Positions 50,267 through 60,523 of a stretch of DNA of 64,000 nt are shown here, one piece after another. Numbering within the stretch: the stretch's first letter is position 1; every line of letters begins with the position of its first letter. The position numbers and the translations under genes are program-made. The notes beneath the pieces were generated by a model. The model was not told the origin of the DNA. It saw only the letters and a program-made list of their open reading frames with translations, and ran no database searches. Location of the stretch: assembly GCA_965116475.1 (NCBI GenBank), contig OZ220691.1:1472001-1536000 (forward strand), in the 5' to 3' direction. This DNA is from Gemmatimonadota bacterium (lineage in GTDB: Bacteria > Gemmatimonadota > Gemmatimonadetes > Palauibacterales > Palauibacteraceae).

Positions 50267-50300
50267 GCCTCGCTGCCCTCATCGGTTGAGTGTGAAGTGG

Positions 50301-50984
50301 TCAAGGCTCGCTTTGGCGGCGGTGGTGTGCGGTCTGGAGTCGGGTGACGGCTGCGATGATGGCCACGAGGGCGAGCGCCAGCGGGATCTTCAGCATGTAT
50401 TCGACCAGATCCGTGGCCGCGTCCACGGTCTCCACACCCGCCTCGCCCAGACGGAAGCGCGCCACCTCTACGATGCTCTCCAGGCTCCAGGCCGTCACGA
50501 TCCACAGACCCCACCACCAGCGCAGCAGGGGCCATACCGGTGTCGTGGCCCAGTCGGAAGGGTTCACGGAGGCGCGCCAGATTTCCCTCATCGCCAGATA
50601 CGGCATCCAGAACCACGCGATCGGGACGAAATACCAGCCGACCGCCCAGCCCGGCGTGAAGCGCATGTCGGCCGCGCCCAGCTGCCTGGCGTTCCAATTG
50701 GCGCGATAGATCCAGGAGAGCACGAGGATGGCGGTGCCGAGCGCGATCGCGGCTTGAGCCAGGAGCCAGAGGACCACGACGGGCGTCCAGCTTCGCGGCG
50801 ATCCCGCCCCTCCGTCCGTTTGCAGCTCGCCGACGACCTCCCATGCCGATACGAGCGCCACCGCAATACCGGCGTAGAGGAAGATCTTCGTCCACTTCGC
50901 GAGCGCGGTCGGGTCCTGGAAGTCGGCGTGGGAGCCGGTCCCTTCGCCGGTCGTTTCGCCGGTCGCCGGGTTGGCGTCGTCCAT
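50301..50984 (-). CDS. DUF4328 membrane protein
   Basis: WIYRANWNAR...TPGWAVGWYFVPI...PYLAMREIWRAS...WWWGLW. Confidence 0.85.
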   Translation of the reverse strand: MDDANPATGETTGEGTGSHADFQDPTALAKWTKIFLYAGIAVALVSAWEVVGELQTDGGAGSPRSWTPVVVLWLLAQAAIALGTAILVLSWIYRANWNARQLGAADMRFTPGWAVGWYFVPIAWFWMPYLAMREIWRASVNPSDWATTPVWPLLRWWWGLWIVTAWSLESIVEVARFRLGEAGVETVDAATDLVEYMLKIPLALALVAIIAAVTRLQTAHHRRQSEP

Positions 50985-51043
50985 GGTCTCTCTCCCGGAA
51001 GAAGGTGTCGCGCGATCGACTGCCGGAGATCAAGCGTTCGGCC

Positions 51044-51832
51044 TCAACCTGAGGGCGGCGTGTACCTCCCGTCGATGGCGGTCCAGCCGCCGTCGGCGAA
51101 CAGGACGGTGCCGGTGACGTAGCTGGCGGCGTCGGAGGCGAGGAAGACGGTCGGGCCGGCCATCTCCGCGGCGCTGCCCCAGCGGTTCATGATGTTGCGC
51201 GCGGCGTAGGCGCCGTACCAGTCGGGTTTGTCCTTGATGGGGGCGGTGAGCGGGGTGTCGATGACGCCCGGCGCCACCGCGTTGACCCGCACCCCGCGGG
51301 GCCCGAGTTCGGCGGCGGCGGTGCGCACCATCTGCACGATCCCCGCCTTGGTCGCGGCGTACATGCTCTGCCCCGGCTCGACCACTACCGACCGGATCGA
51401 ACTGAAGAGGATGATGGACCCCGATCCCTGCGCGCTCATGATCCGTCCCGCCGACTGGATGACGTGGGCGCCGCCCTTGAGGTTGAGGCCCAGGACACGG
51501 TCGATCTCCTCGTCGGTGTAGTCGAGGAGGGGCTTGCGCACGTTCACGCCGGGGGTGCAGACGACGACGTCGAGGGACCCGCGGGCCGACGCGATACCCT
51601 CGAACACGCCAGCGACGGCCGCGCCGTCAATGATATCGAGGTGGTGGGAGACCGCTTCGCCTCCGGCCGCGCGGATGGTCGCGGCGGTGTCGGCGGCGGC
51701 GTCGGTGTCTATGTCGAGGCAGGACACGTGCGCGCCGGCCTCGGCGCACCCGATGGCGACGGCTTCGCCGATGCCGGAGCCGCCTCCGACAATCGCGGCC
51801 GTGCGTCTTTCGAGACTGAACATGTTGGTCAT
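51044..51832 (-). CDS. SDR oxidoreductase
   Basis: VGGGSGIG, YAATK, VRVNAVAPG, ADGG. Confidence 0.92.
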   Translation of the reverse strand: MTNMFSLERRTAAIVGGGSGIGEAVAIGCAEAGAHVSCLDIDTDAAADTAATIRAAGGEAVSHHLDIIDGAAVAGVFEGIASARGSLDVVVCTPGVNVRKPLLDYTDEEIDRVLGLNLKGGAHVIQSAGRIMSAQGSGSIILFSSIRSVVVEPGQSMYAATKAGIVQMVRTAAAELGPRGVRVNAVAPGVIDTPLTAPIKDKPDWYGAYAARNIMNRWGSAAEMAGPTVFLASDAASYVTGTVLFADGGWTAIDGRYTPPSG

Positions 51833-51957
51833 GAAGATTTCTCGGGCAGGGCGTTCGCGTGGCGTGCAGGGTTTCGTGTGGCGCAGGGCGCGACACAATG
51901 TAGGGGCCGCACCCGCCGGGCAACTCGGCCCGCGCGTCCCCCGGCCCGGAGATCCGC

Positions 51958-53253
51958 ATGCCCTCTGCAAGTCCGCCGACCGGCCTTCGCCGGGAGGACC
52001 GCATCCTCGCCGAAGTGGAGGCGGCGCGCGACGAGATCGTGGCCTTCACGGCGGAGATGATCCGGATCCCCACCGTGAATCCGCCCGGGGAGCACTACCG
52101 GGAGTGTGCCGAACTCGTCGGGCGACGGCTGGAGACGACGGGCCTGGCGGTCGAGTACGTGGAGGCGGAGGGGCGCCCGGAGCACACGGCGGAACACCCG
52201 CGGGTGAACGTGGTGGGGCGGGGGGCTGACCTTCCGGGACGCGCGCGGCTCCACCTGAACGGCCACTTCGACGTGGTCCCGCCGGGGGACGAGTGGACGG
52301 TCGACCCGTTCGCGGGCGTCGTGCGCGAGGGGCGGATCTACGGGAGGGGCGCGTCGGACATGAAGTCCGGGATCGCGGCGGCGGTGTTCGCGGTCGAGGC
52401 GCTGCGGCGGGCCGGGGTCGAACTCGCCGGCGCCGTGGACCTCAGCGCCACCGTTGACGAGGAGAGCGGCGGGTTCGCCGGGGTCGCGCACCTGTGCGAG
52501 GCGGGGATCATCTCCGGCGACGACACGCGGTACGCCATCATCCCCGAGCCGTTCGGACCCGCGCGCGTCTGCCTGGGGCACCGCGGCGTCTACTGGTTCG
52601 ACGTCACCGCGCACGGCCACACGGCCCACGGCAGCATGAGCCACCTCGGCCGCAGCGCCATCGATGACATGGGCGCCCTGCTCGAGGCCTTCCGGACGCG
52701 GCTCGCCCCCGAACTCGCCGCGCGGCTTTCCGCGCTCCCCGTGGTGCCGGAGGCCTCCCGGCGTCCGTCTCTCAACGTCAACGCGATCACCGGCGGGCAG
52801 GCCGGGGCGGCCACGCAGTCCCCCTGCGTGGCCGACCGCTGCGTCGCCACCTTCGACCGCCGCTTCATCCCCGAGGAGTCCTTCGAGGAGGTGCGGGCCG
52901 AGATCGAGCGCCTCGTCGCGTCGGTGGAGGGCGATGACCCGGAGCGCCGGTTCACGATCGAGGAGCGCATGGTCGTGCACCCGACGTCCGCTCCGCCCGG
53001 TTCGCCGCTCGTGGCCGCGCTGTCCCGCGCGGTGGAAACGGCCGTCGGCCACCCCCCGGAACTCGTGGCGAGCCCCGGCACCTACGACCAGAAGCACTTC
53101 GCCCGCATCGCCGGCATCGAGCACTGCGTGGCGTACGGCCCCGGCCCCCTCGAGGAGGCCCACCAGCCGGACGAGTCCTGCGCGATCGACGACCTCGTGG
53201 CATGCACGCAGGCGCTGGCGCTCGCGGCCGTCGAACTGCTCGGCCCGGCCTAG
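51958..53253 (+). CDS. M20 ArgE/DapE-family deacylase
   Basis: NGHFDVVP, GRGASDMK, DEESGG, AHGS, AHQPDE. Confidence 0.92.
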   Translation: MPSASPPTGLRREDRILAEVEAARDEIVAFTAEMIRIPTVNPPGEHYRECAELVGRRLETTGLAVEYVEAEGRPEHTAEHPRVNVVGRGADLPGRARLHLNGHFDVVPPGDEWTVDPFAGVVREGRIYGRGASDMKSGIAAAVFAVEALRRAGVELAGAVDLSATVDEESGGFAGVAHLCEAGIISGDDTRYAIIPEPFGPARVCLGHRGVYWFDVTAHGHTAHGSMSHLGRSAIDDMGALLEAFRTRLAPELAARLSALPVVPEASRRPSLNVNAITGGQAGAATQSPCVADRCVATFDRRFIPEESFEEVRAEIERLVASVEGDDPERRFTIEERMVVHPTSAPPGSPLVAALSRAVETAVGHPPELVASPGTYDQKHFARIAGIEHCVAYGPGPLEEAHQPDESCAIDDLVACTQALALAAVELLGPA

Positions 53254-53280
53254 CTGCCCGCCCGGACCGGCGAAGCGGAG

Positions 53281-54288
53281 CTAGCCGGTCACGAACACGG
53301 AGATCACGAACGCGGGAATCAGCGCCAGCGAGTAGAGCACGTACACGCCGACCGACTTCGCCACCGTCAGAATCCAGCCGTTCTCGTAGTAGCGCCGGAA
53401 GGCGATGATGAAGTAGGGGTACGGAACCAGCAGGCAGCCCACACGGGCGGCGACCCCCGGCCCCGATTCGGGGAGCAGAAGCGCGACCGAGTAGATGAGA
53501 AACGCGAACGTCTGGACGTGGATGGCGAAGACCAGGTGCTCCACGTAGAAGCGCTTCTTCCGGAAGTGGAAGACGGCGAGGATCAGCCCGAGGACCGGCA
53601 GCAGGCAGAACATCGCGATCGGCATGTTCGCGATCAGACGGCGGGGGATGACCGACGGATCGTGAAGCATGTCGATCCCCGAGAGCAGCACGAATCTCCC
53701 GATCCAGCCCGCCTCCTCGAGGCGGATCTGGGCCAGGAGAAGGAGGACCTCCCTTCCGCCGCTGCCCTCCGGCCGGGCGAGAATGTCGTCGGTCTTCCGC
53801 CGTCGCTCCGGGGGTAGCGCCGCCCTGAAGGCCGCGAGGCGCTCCTCCGTCGGGAGTGCGGCCGGGAGCTCGGCGGCCGGGAGCTCGGCGGCCGGGAGCT
53901 CGGCGGCCGCGGGTTCCGGGTCCTCCTCGAACCCGCCCGTCACGGTGACTTCGCCGAACTCCGTCTCGGTCGCTCCCCCGAAGTCTCCCAGCAGCGACAG
54001 CAGGAGGAAGAAGACGAAGCTGGCGAAGATGTAGAGCCGGACCGGCGACACGAAGCCGGCGCGGCGATTGCGCGAGAACTCCCTGGTGAGGCTTCCGGGC
54101 CGGAACATGAGCAGCTTCAAGGTGCGGAAGAGCCGGGAATCCAGCTCGAACGTCTCGCGCACAAACTCGCCGGCCACGGAGCGGAGGGCGCGGGCGTAGT
54201 CCCGGTCGCTCTGCCCGCAGTGCGCGCAGAAGCTCTCGGGCCGGTCGCGCCCGCAGTTCGGACAGGTGCGCGCTTCGGCGGGCGTCAC
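53281..54288 (-). CDS. DUF3667 membrane protein with N-terminal Zn ribbon
   Basis: CPNC...CAHCGQ, RPGSLT, SPVRLY, YVEHLVFAIH; contains a 15-bp tandem repeat (AAELP x3). Confidence 0.85.
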   Translation of the reverse strand: MTPAEARTCPNCGRDRPESFCAHCGQSDRDYARALRSVAGEFVRETFELDSRLFRTLKLLMFRPGSLTREFSRNRRAGFVSPVRLYIFASFVFFLLLSLLGDFGGATETEFGEVTVTGGFEEDPEPAAAELPAAELPAAELPAALPTEERLAAFRAALPPERRRKTDDILARPEGSGGREVLLLLAQIRLEEAGWIGRFVLLSGIDMLHDPSVIPRRLIANMPIAMFCLLPVLGLILAVFHFRKKRFYVEHLVFAIHVQTFAFLIYSVALLLPESGPGVAARVGCLLVPYPYFIIAFRRYYENGWILTVAKSVGVYVLYSLALIPAFVISVFVTG

Positions 54289-54292
54289 GGCA

Positions 54293-57175
54293 TCACGGCT
54301 TCCCGGCCACGCGCTTCTTCTCCTCCTCGAGGGCGTCGAGCGCCACCCCGTCCGTGATCCACGCGGGGGCGGGCTCGCCCTTCAGGTAGTGCCCGAACCA
54401 CTCGAGGATGCGCCGGTGGTAGTCCTTCTGGTTCGCCTCCTCGCGGAACCCGTGGTCCTCCCCCTCGTAGACCAGGAGCACCATCTGTTTCCCGGCGCGG
54501 CGGGCGAAGTTGAAGAACTCGGTCCCCTGGTCCCAGTCCACCACGCCGTCCTCGTCGCCGAACGCCATCAGCAGCGGCGTCTCCATGTTCTGCACCTCGT
54601 GGATGGGCGAATTCCGGCGGTGCGCCTCGGGGTCCTCCCAGAACGGCACCTCCATGCGGGCCTGGCCGGTCTCCCAGTGGCTCACTTCGGCGATGCCCGG
54701 GTTCCAGTGCAGCTGGCCCATGAAGCTCACGAAGTCGGTGAGCGGCGCGCCCGCCACGGACGCCGCGAAGATGTCGGTGCGCGTGGGCAGGAAGGTCGCC
54801 TGGTAGCCGCCCCACGAGTGCCCGATGAGGCCGACCGCGTCCGGGTCCGTCACGCCCATCTCGACGGCCTTCGCCACCGCCGCGCGCACGGACTCCAGCG
54901 CGCTCACGCCCGGATCCCGCGCCCGATAGACGATGTCCGGCAGCAGCACCGCGTACCCGTGCTGGGTCCAGGCCGTGTAGTTGTAGTAGTCGCGCTCGCT
55001 GGGGACGCGGAAGAGGTGCATCTGCGGCGAGAGGATCTCGTACGTGTACACGATGGTGGGGACCGCGCGGGCCTCCTCGGAGTTCGCCGGGTAGTCCGCC
55101 GGGTAGTTCGCGGGGAGGAGGAGGACGAACTGGAGGTCGCGGCCCGATTCGCTCGTGAAGTCGACCAGTTCCGCCCGCCCCCACGCCACCTCGTCGATGA
55201 AGGGGTTGATCGCGGTCACCCGGACGGGGTCGGCGAGGTCCGGGCCCGCGACGAAGTAGTCCGGCGGGTCGTCGAAGCGCTCGGAGCGATAGAACAGGAT
55301 CTCGGCGCTGTCGGCGCGGGTGAGGGCGGCCAGGCGCGCGTCCTCGAGGATCAGGGTTTCGGCCAGGTTCCCGCCCGGGGCGTCGGCCCAGCCGTCGGCG
55401 AAGCGGGCGTAGCCGCGTTGCTCCGTCTTCTCGTTGTAGAGGGAGAGGTAGGGGCGCGAGCCGGGGTCGATGCCGGGCCCGCCGCCGGGCCCGCCGCCGG
55501 GCTCGTCGTCGGTGACGCGGGTCAGCCGATGGACGATCCCCGTCTCCGCGCCGCGTGTCAGCCGCTCGCCGCCCGAGCCGTCGGGCGCCACGCGCCAGAT
55601 GTCGTGCTCGTCGTAGAGCAGGACCGCGCCGTCCCCAGCCAGCCACCCGCCGGGGCCGAACCCGTGCGGGGGGATGACGTCGGTGGGCGTGTCGTAGCCG
55701 GTGTCCGCGAACTCGGCGGCCAGGGCCGACGTCAGGTCATGCCGTTCGCCCGTGGCGATGTGGAGGCTGTGGTAGGCGGAGCTGTCCCACGAAATCAGCC
55801 AGTCGCCCCCCGCGCTCGGCCACTCGTAGCGCACCCGGGTCAGGAGCCGGCGGCGCTCGCCGGTGTCCGCGTCGATCGCCCACACGTCGTGGTACGGACG
55901 GCCGAACATCGCGCCCCACGGGTAGGGCTCGCTGATGTCCTCCAGCGCGTGTTCCCAGCCTTCCAGGAGTTGAGCTCCAGCCATCAGATCGGACCCGAGC
56001 ACGACCACGCGGTCGTCGTCGAGGTGCCAGACGGCGAGCAGCGACCGCGCGGCGTCGCGATTCTCCGAGACCCGCTGCTCCGGGAAGAGGCGGACGTCGC
56101 TCGTGTGCCAGATCTGCAGCCCCGGGAGGTCGGGTTCCGAGTCGGCGGCCGGGGCGTCGTCGTCCCCCGGCTCGTCGTCCGCGCTCTCGTCGGCGCTCTC
56201 AGCGGCATCGTCGCCCGCCTCCGGCTCGATCGGCCGGAGCCCCAGGGAGATCATGCGGCCGTCGTCGGACCAGGCGGGGGCCCGGTGCCGCACCGTCTCG
56301 AGCGTGTCCGGGATGCCGGCCGCGTCCGCGCCGAGGACCAGCGTCTCGACGCCCTGCTCCGGACCCTCCAGGTCCCGCCACGCCAGCACATCGTAGGCAG
56401 CGCCGTCCGCGGAAGCGGCTTCGCGGGAACGGAGGGCGGCCAGATCCGCCGAGTCGTCCCGCCAGCGGAGGCTCCGGTAGGCGGAACCGGAAGCGTCGGC
56501 CGAGCGCAGGATCCCGGCAGCGGCGTCGTACACCTGCACGCCGTTGCCCACATCCGCGCCCGTCGCGACGGCGAGCGCCAGCAGGGATCCGCCCGGGCTC
56601 CAGGCCATCTCGCTGACGTTCCCGAAGGAAGTCTCCGCCCCGGTCGCCAGCGTGACGACGCGGAGGTCGGCGCCCTTCCCCGCCGGCTCCTCCGGCGAAT
56701 AGGCGCGCAGCGCCAGGTACCGCCCGGAGGCATCGAAGCGCCCCTCGGAGACCGCGTCGAACTCGCGGATCTCCCCCGTCTCCAGGTCCATTACGGAGGC
56801 CTTCTCGCGCACCGATTCGTCGCTTTCCGCCAGCCGCTCCCGTTCCTCCGGAGGCAGGCCGATGGTCCAGGCCAGCCAGCGCCCGTCCGGTGAGAACCGC
56901 GGCTCCGAGCCCCACGCGAAGACGCGGACCGAGTCCTCCTCGATCGTGCGCACGCGGAGTTCCGACGTCTCGTCCACCCGGGTGACCTCGTAGGCGATCC
57001 AGTCACCGGCCGGCGAGAACTCGGCCCCGCCGAGCCGCTCCCAGCGACCATAGTCGTCCGGCGTGACGAGCGGTCGCTCCTGGGCGGAGGCGGAGGACGG
57101 AAGGACGAGCGCGACCCCGCCCAGCGCGGCGAGCGTCGCAAGCGTCCGGAAGCGGGAGGCGAAGGTCCAAATCAT
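54293..57175 (-). CDS. S9 prolyl oligopeptidase-family peptidase, exported
   Basis: Signal peptide; GHSWGG, DGVV, EDHG catalytic triad. Confidence 0.93.
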   Translation of the reverse strand: MIWTFASRFRTLATLAALGGVALVLPSSASAQERPLVTPDDYGRWERLGGAEFSPAGDWIAYEVTRVDETSELRVRTIEEDSVRVFAWGSEPRFSPDGRWLAWTIGLPPEERERLAESDESVREKASVMDLETGEIREFDAVSEGRFDASGRYLALRAYSPEEPAGKGADLRVVTLATGAETSFGNVSEMAWSPGGSLLALAVATGADVGNGVQVYDAAAGILRSADASGSAYRSLRWRDDSADLAALRSREAASADGAAYDVLAWRDLEGPEQGVETLVLGADAAGIPDTLETVRHRAPAWSDDGRMISLGLRPIEPEAGDDAAESADESADDEPGDDDAPAADSEPDLPGLQIWHTSDVRLFPEQRVSENRDAARSLLAVWHLDDDRVVVLGSDLMAGAQLLEGWEHALEDISEPYPWGAMFGRPYHDVWAIDADTGERRRLLTRVRYEWPSAGGDWLISWDSSAYHSLHIATGERHDLTSALAAEFADTGYDTPTDVIPPHGFGPGGWLAGDGAVLLYDEHDIWRVAPDGSGGERLTRGAETGIVHRLTRVTDDEPGGGPGGGPGIDPGSRPYLSLYNEKTEQRGYARFADGWADAPGGNLAETLILEDARLAALTRADSAEILFYRSERFDDPPDYFVAGPDLADPVRVTAINPFIDEVAWGRAELVDFTSESGRDLQFVLLLPANYPADYPANSEEARAVPTIVYTYEILSPQMHLFRVPSERDYYNYTAWTQHGYAVLLPDIVYRARDPGVSALESVRAAVAKAVEMGVTDPDAVGLIGHSWGGYQATFLPTRTDIFAASVAGAPLTDFVSFMGQLHWNPGIAEVSHWETGQARMEVPFWEDPEAHRRNSPIHEVQNMETPLLMAFGDEDGVVDWDQGTEFFNFARRAGKQMVLLVYEGEDHGFREEANQKDYHRRILEWFGHYLKGEPAPAWITDGVALDALEEEKKRVAGKP

Positions 57176-57427
57176 CGCGCACTCCTGAAAATCACCGGAA
57201 ACTCCAGCCGGTTTCGGTCGGCGGCCAGCTCTTCCCTCGCCGAACGGCCCACGGGCGCCTGCCTGACCGCTTCATCGGCGGCATCGAGCCACGAGCGCAG
57301 CCATGCTCTGGGGTCATCGGGAATATCGATGGTCGTCTTCATGGCTGCATGATAGCTGTATTACCGCATACTCCCCAACGTATCCCGGTCACGGCTGTCT
57401 CCCCCCTTCTTCTGTCGGCGCTTACGG

Positions 57428-58097
57428 TCAGGTCAGGGTCCGGAAGCGGAACAGTGCGAGCCAGTGGTCGAAGGTGAGGCTGCGGGGTGGGCCGGAGGGA
57501 TCGAACCGGAGATCGCGGCCCAGCCGGTGGATCTGCGTTGGCGTGAATTCGGCTCGCAGGCACCGCCGGATCGAGCGGCCGCCGCGACCGAAGCAACTGC
57601 GGATGAAGCGCCGGTAGTCCGCGGCCTCGGATCGTTCGACGAGCGGTCGTGTGCGGCGGGCGAGCCAGAGCGCGACGGCGTCGACGCTCGGAGGGGGATC
57701 GAAGTCGGTACGGCGAAGGCGCCGCGCGATCTCGATCTGCCACCACGGCTTGAGCAGCAGCGAGGGCAGCGTCTCCCGGGAACAGGGACGGCCGGCAAAC
57801 CGCTCGGCCGCTTCCCGCTGGACCACGAGCCAGGCGTCGCACGGCGGAGAGTCGGCCTGGACGAGCCGCCGGACGATGGCGGCCGTCCGGTTGAACGGAA
57901 TGTTCCCAAGGACCTTGTAGGGGATGTCGGGCAGCCGAAAACGGAGGAAATGTGAGGATGCCGCGGCCCGGCCCGACCTCGACGACCAGATCGCTTCGCG
58001 TGACGGGGGCCTGAGCGATCAGGCTAGCCGCAAGCGACCCGCTCCGGAGGAAGTGCTGCGAAAGGTCCGCACGCCGGGGTGTCCGTTGCCTGGACAC
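57428..58097 (-). pseudogene. erm: Erm-like 23S rRNA adenine dimethylase with internal deletion/frameshift
   Basis: LSQHFL...EVGPGRGILT joined directly, out of frame, to FLRFRLPDIPYKVLGNIPFN...FDPPPSVD; the intervening SAM-binding segment is missing. Confidence 0.75.
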
Positions 58098-58237
58098 GGC
58101 GAACCATCACGAACGTAGACATGCAATCTCCCGCGCTACACCAACGAGACCCAAAAGGCGTCGCACCCGACGCTAGGCATCCGCCGTCTCACCCGCAAAC
58201 GGCTTGCCGGGTGAGGACATGGCGCCATCTGCTGCCA

Positions 58238-58657
58238 CTATCCCGACCAGGGATCGATCACGTCCAGTCCCGTACCCTCGAAGTCCCGCACGTTGCGCGT
58301 GACAAGAGCGGCTCCGCGTGTGCGGGATATGGCGGCGATCTGGCAGTCAGCTTCGCCGATCGGTCGGCCGGCGTGGCGGCGTTCGGCGGCGATCTCCGCG
58401 TAGGCTTGGGCGGCGGCGCTGTCGAACGGAAGGATACGCTCTCGGAAGCCAAGATTGAGCCAGCGGGTCATGGCAGCCTCGAGCGCGTTCCGCCGCTTGC
58501 CGGCCGGCAGGATTGCGACACCGTAGCGCAGTTCCGCTTCGCTGACGGCCGTCAGGTACATGTCCCGCGCATCGTGCTCGGCAATCCATGCCGCTACTGC
58601 CGCCGTCGGGGCAGAGCGCATCAGTTCCGACGCGACATTCGTATCTATCACGAACAT
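58238..58657 (-). CDS. vapC: VapC/FitB PIN toxin
   Basis: IDTNVASE...AEL...ADCQIAAI...LVTRNVRDF. Confidence 0.93.
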   Translation of the reverse strand: MFVIDTNVASELMRSAPTAAVAAWIAEHDARDMYLTAVSEAELRYGVAILPAGKRRNALEAAMTRWLNLGFRERILPFDSAAAQAYAEIAAERRHAGRPIGEADCQIAAISRTRGAALVTRNVRDFEGTGLDVIDPWSG

Positions 58658-58666
58658 GAGAGCCGC

Positions 58667-58912
58667 TCAGGAGAAATCAGGAGGCGCGCGCATCGGGCCG
58701 CGGGGAGGGAGTTCGAGTTCGACGCCGCCAAGAGACGCGAAGCACTCGCGGGTGAACGTCGCGAGGTTTCGCGGACCGGTGCGACGACCGGTGACGGCGT
58801 CGCGCAGGATGATACGCACTTCCTCCTCCATCGAACGGTGGTGTTCGGCGGCGCGTACGCGAAGGCGCGTCTTTACGTCGTCGTCAAGATTGCGGATCGT
58901 GATGCTCGCCAT
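58667..58912 (-). CDS. FitA/StbC-like RHH antitoxin
   Basis: MASITIRNLDDDVKTRLRVRAAEHHRSMEEEVRIIL. Confidence 0.92.
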   Translation of the reverse strand: MASITIRNLDDDVKTRLRVRAAEHHRSMEEEVRIILRDAVTGRRTGPRNLATFTRECFASLGGVELELPPRGPMRAPPDFS

Positions 58913-58959
58913 CGGCCGCGCCTCCTCGCGGTAGGGGAACGGGCGGAGAAGTTATCGAA

Positions 58960-58976
58960 TGATTGCAATGCAATCA
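58960..58976. promoter_or_regulatory. Palindromic operator upstream of the antitoxin
   Basis: TGATTGCA-A-TGCAATCA, perfect 8-1-8 dyad. Confidence 0.6.
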
Positions 58977-59027
58977 ATCCCCTCCTGGCGGAATGAACGT
59001 GGTCGATGATCAAGGAGACGATGGACG

Positions 59028-59858
59028 GTGACCGAGGGAGACGGAGAATCGGCCTCGCGCGACGTGTCCAGCTACTGGGACACGCTGGCACCTCATCATT
59101 GGCGCATCGAGAACAACTACCTGGATGTGTCGAGCCTGCGTCGGATTATCGCCGACATTCGCCAACCCGTTCTGATCATCGGTGCCGGGCAGGGGCTGAT
59201 TGTCGAGGAGCTGCGGCGTCTGGGGCTGCGGTGCGACGGCATCGATCTAAGCGCCAAGATGCTCGAATACGCCAAGTCGCGAAGAGGCCTCACCCTTGTT
59301 CGCGGGAATGCGACTTCGCTGCCGTTCGTCGATGGGTCGTATGAGACGGTGATTCTTGCGACCGGCGTCGTCGACTTCATGGCTGACCTGCGGGACATCG
59401 AGACCGTCATGCGCGAAGCGAGCCGGATCGTTTCCGGGACGGGCAAGATCTTCGTCGCGTTCTACAGATTCAGTGCGGCCCAGAAGAGCTTCCTGACCTC
59501 GCTAGGACTGCTGCGCGAGGACACACTGCATGTGCGGTCGGCATTGACGCTGCATCGCCACGGCTTTGGCGCCATGGTGGCGTGGGTCGCGAAGATGGCC
59601 GGGATCAGCACGTTCCAGGCCGCCCGGCTGTGCATCGGCACGGGCCTTGGATCGACGAAACAGGAACGCGCAGCCGCTCTCGCGATGCGGCGGCTGATCG
59701 CTCGGTCCGGGGACCCCGATGCCTTCATCGAATCGGCACCGGAGACCGAACCGTACCGAGACAAGTCGGCCATCACCTGCCTGCTCGACAGCTTGTCGAT
59801 ACGAATCGAGGACTGGCAGGCATCAAGGAGCTGCTACCTGGTGCGGGTGTCGCAGTAA
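59028..59858 (+). CDS. Class I SAM-dependent methyltransferase
   Basis: VLIIGAGQG, GIDLSAKML, GNATSLPF. Confidence 0.85.
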   Translation: MTEGDGESASRDVSSYWDTLAPHHWRIENNYLDVSSLRRIIADIRQPVLIIGAGQGLIVEELRRLGLRCDGIDLSAKMLEYAKSRRGLTLVRGNATSLPFVDGSYETVILATGVVDFMADLRDIETVMREASRIVSGTGKIFVAFYRFSAAQKSFLTSLGLLREDTLHVRSALTLHRHGFGAMVAWVAKMAGISTFQAARLCIGTGLGSTKQERAAALAMRRLIARSGDPDAFIESAPETEPYRDKSAITCLLDSLSIRIEDWQASRSCYLVRVSQ

Positions 59859-59874
59859 GAAGTCAGGCTGGGCG

Positions 59875-60426
59875 TTACTGACGCCGCGAGTCGGCGGGAA
59901 GGTCGGCTTCTCCCGGGGGGACGGCGTGGCGGGCCCGAGGGGCCAGTCGTTCGTTTCCGGCATTGTCGGCGAGCAGGCGCGCCACGGCCAGTGACAGTTC
60001 CGCCGCGAACTCCTCGGCAATGAGCCGATCCGCGCGCTTGACCCGCAGCACCAGCTTGGCGGGGTGCTTCAGTTTGAGCCCCTGCTCGCCCGCGATTTTC
60101 TCGAACGCCAGCAGGTCCGAAGCCGCGATCACCAGCCTGGGGGCCACGATGTGCCACCAGCGGCGAGGAGGCACGGCCGCGCCCGCCACCTTGGCCAGCG
60201 GGATCACGATCTCCTTTACGGGCTCGATCGTCTCACTCGTCTCCCAGGTGTCGCCCATCTTCTCGGTCTGCACGGCGAGCCGCCACTGAATGACCAGCTG
60301 GTCCGCTTCCAGACGCACGAGTCCGTGGGCGGTCTCGGTCGTCGACTCGTAGCCACCACGCGCATCCCAGAGGTCGGAGCTGCGCTTCAGCGTGAACGGA
60401 ACGGCGGAGAAACGGGTCGCATTCAT
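59875..60426 (-). CDS. Hypothetical protein
   Basis: ORF from MNATRFSAVPF with globular composition. Confidence 0.65.
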   Translation of the reverse strand: MNATRFSAVPFTLKRSSDLWDARGGYESTTETAHGLVRLEADQLVIQWRLAVQTEKMGDTWETSETIEPVKEIVIPLAKVAGAAVPPRRWWHIVAPRLVIAASDLLAFEKIAGEQGLKLKHPAKLVLRVKRADRLIAEEFAAELSLAVARLLADNAGNERLAPRARHAVPPGEADLPADSRRQ

Positions 60427-60523
60427 GTCACGTGTTCTAAGGGGCGCACGTCCGATCGACCAGATACCGGTGAATGTACGGGATGCTGAAGCGTGCGGAT
60501 GGGTTTCTGCGTAGGCAGGGGGC

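Noticed and set aside
54266..56893. 875-aa plus-strand ORF
   Set aside because: Antisense shadow of the S9 peptidase.
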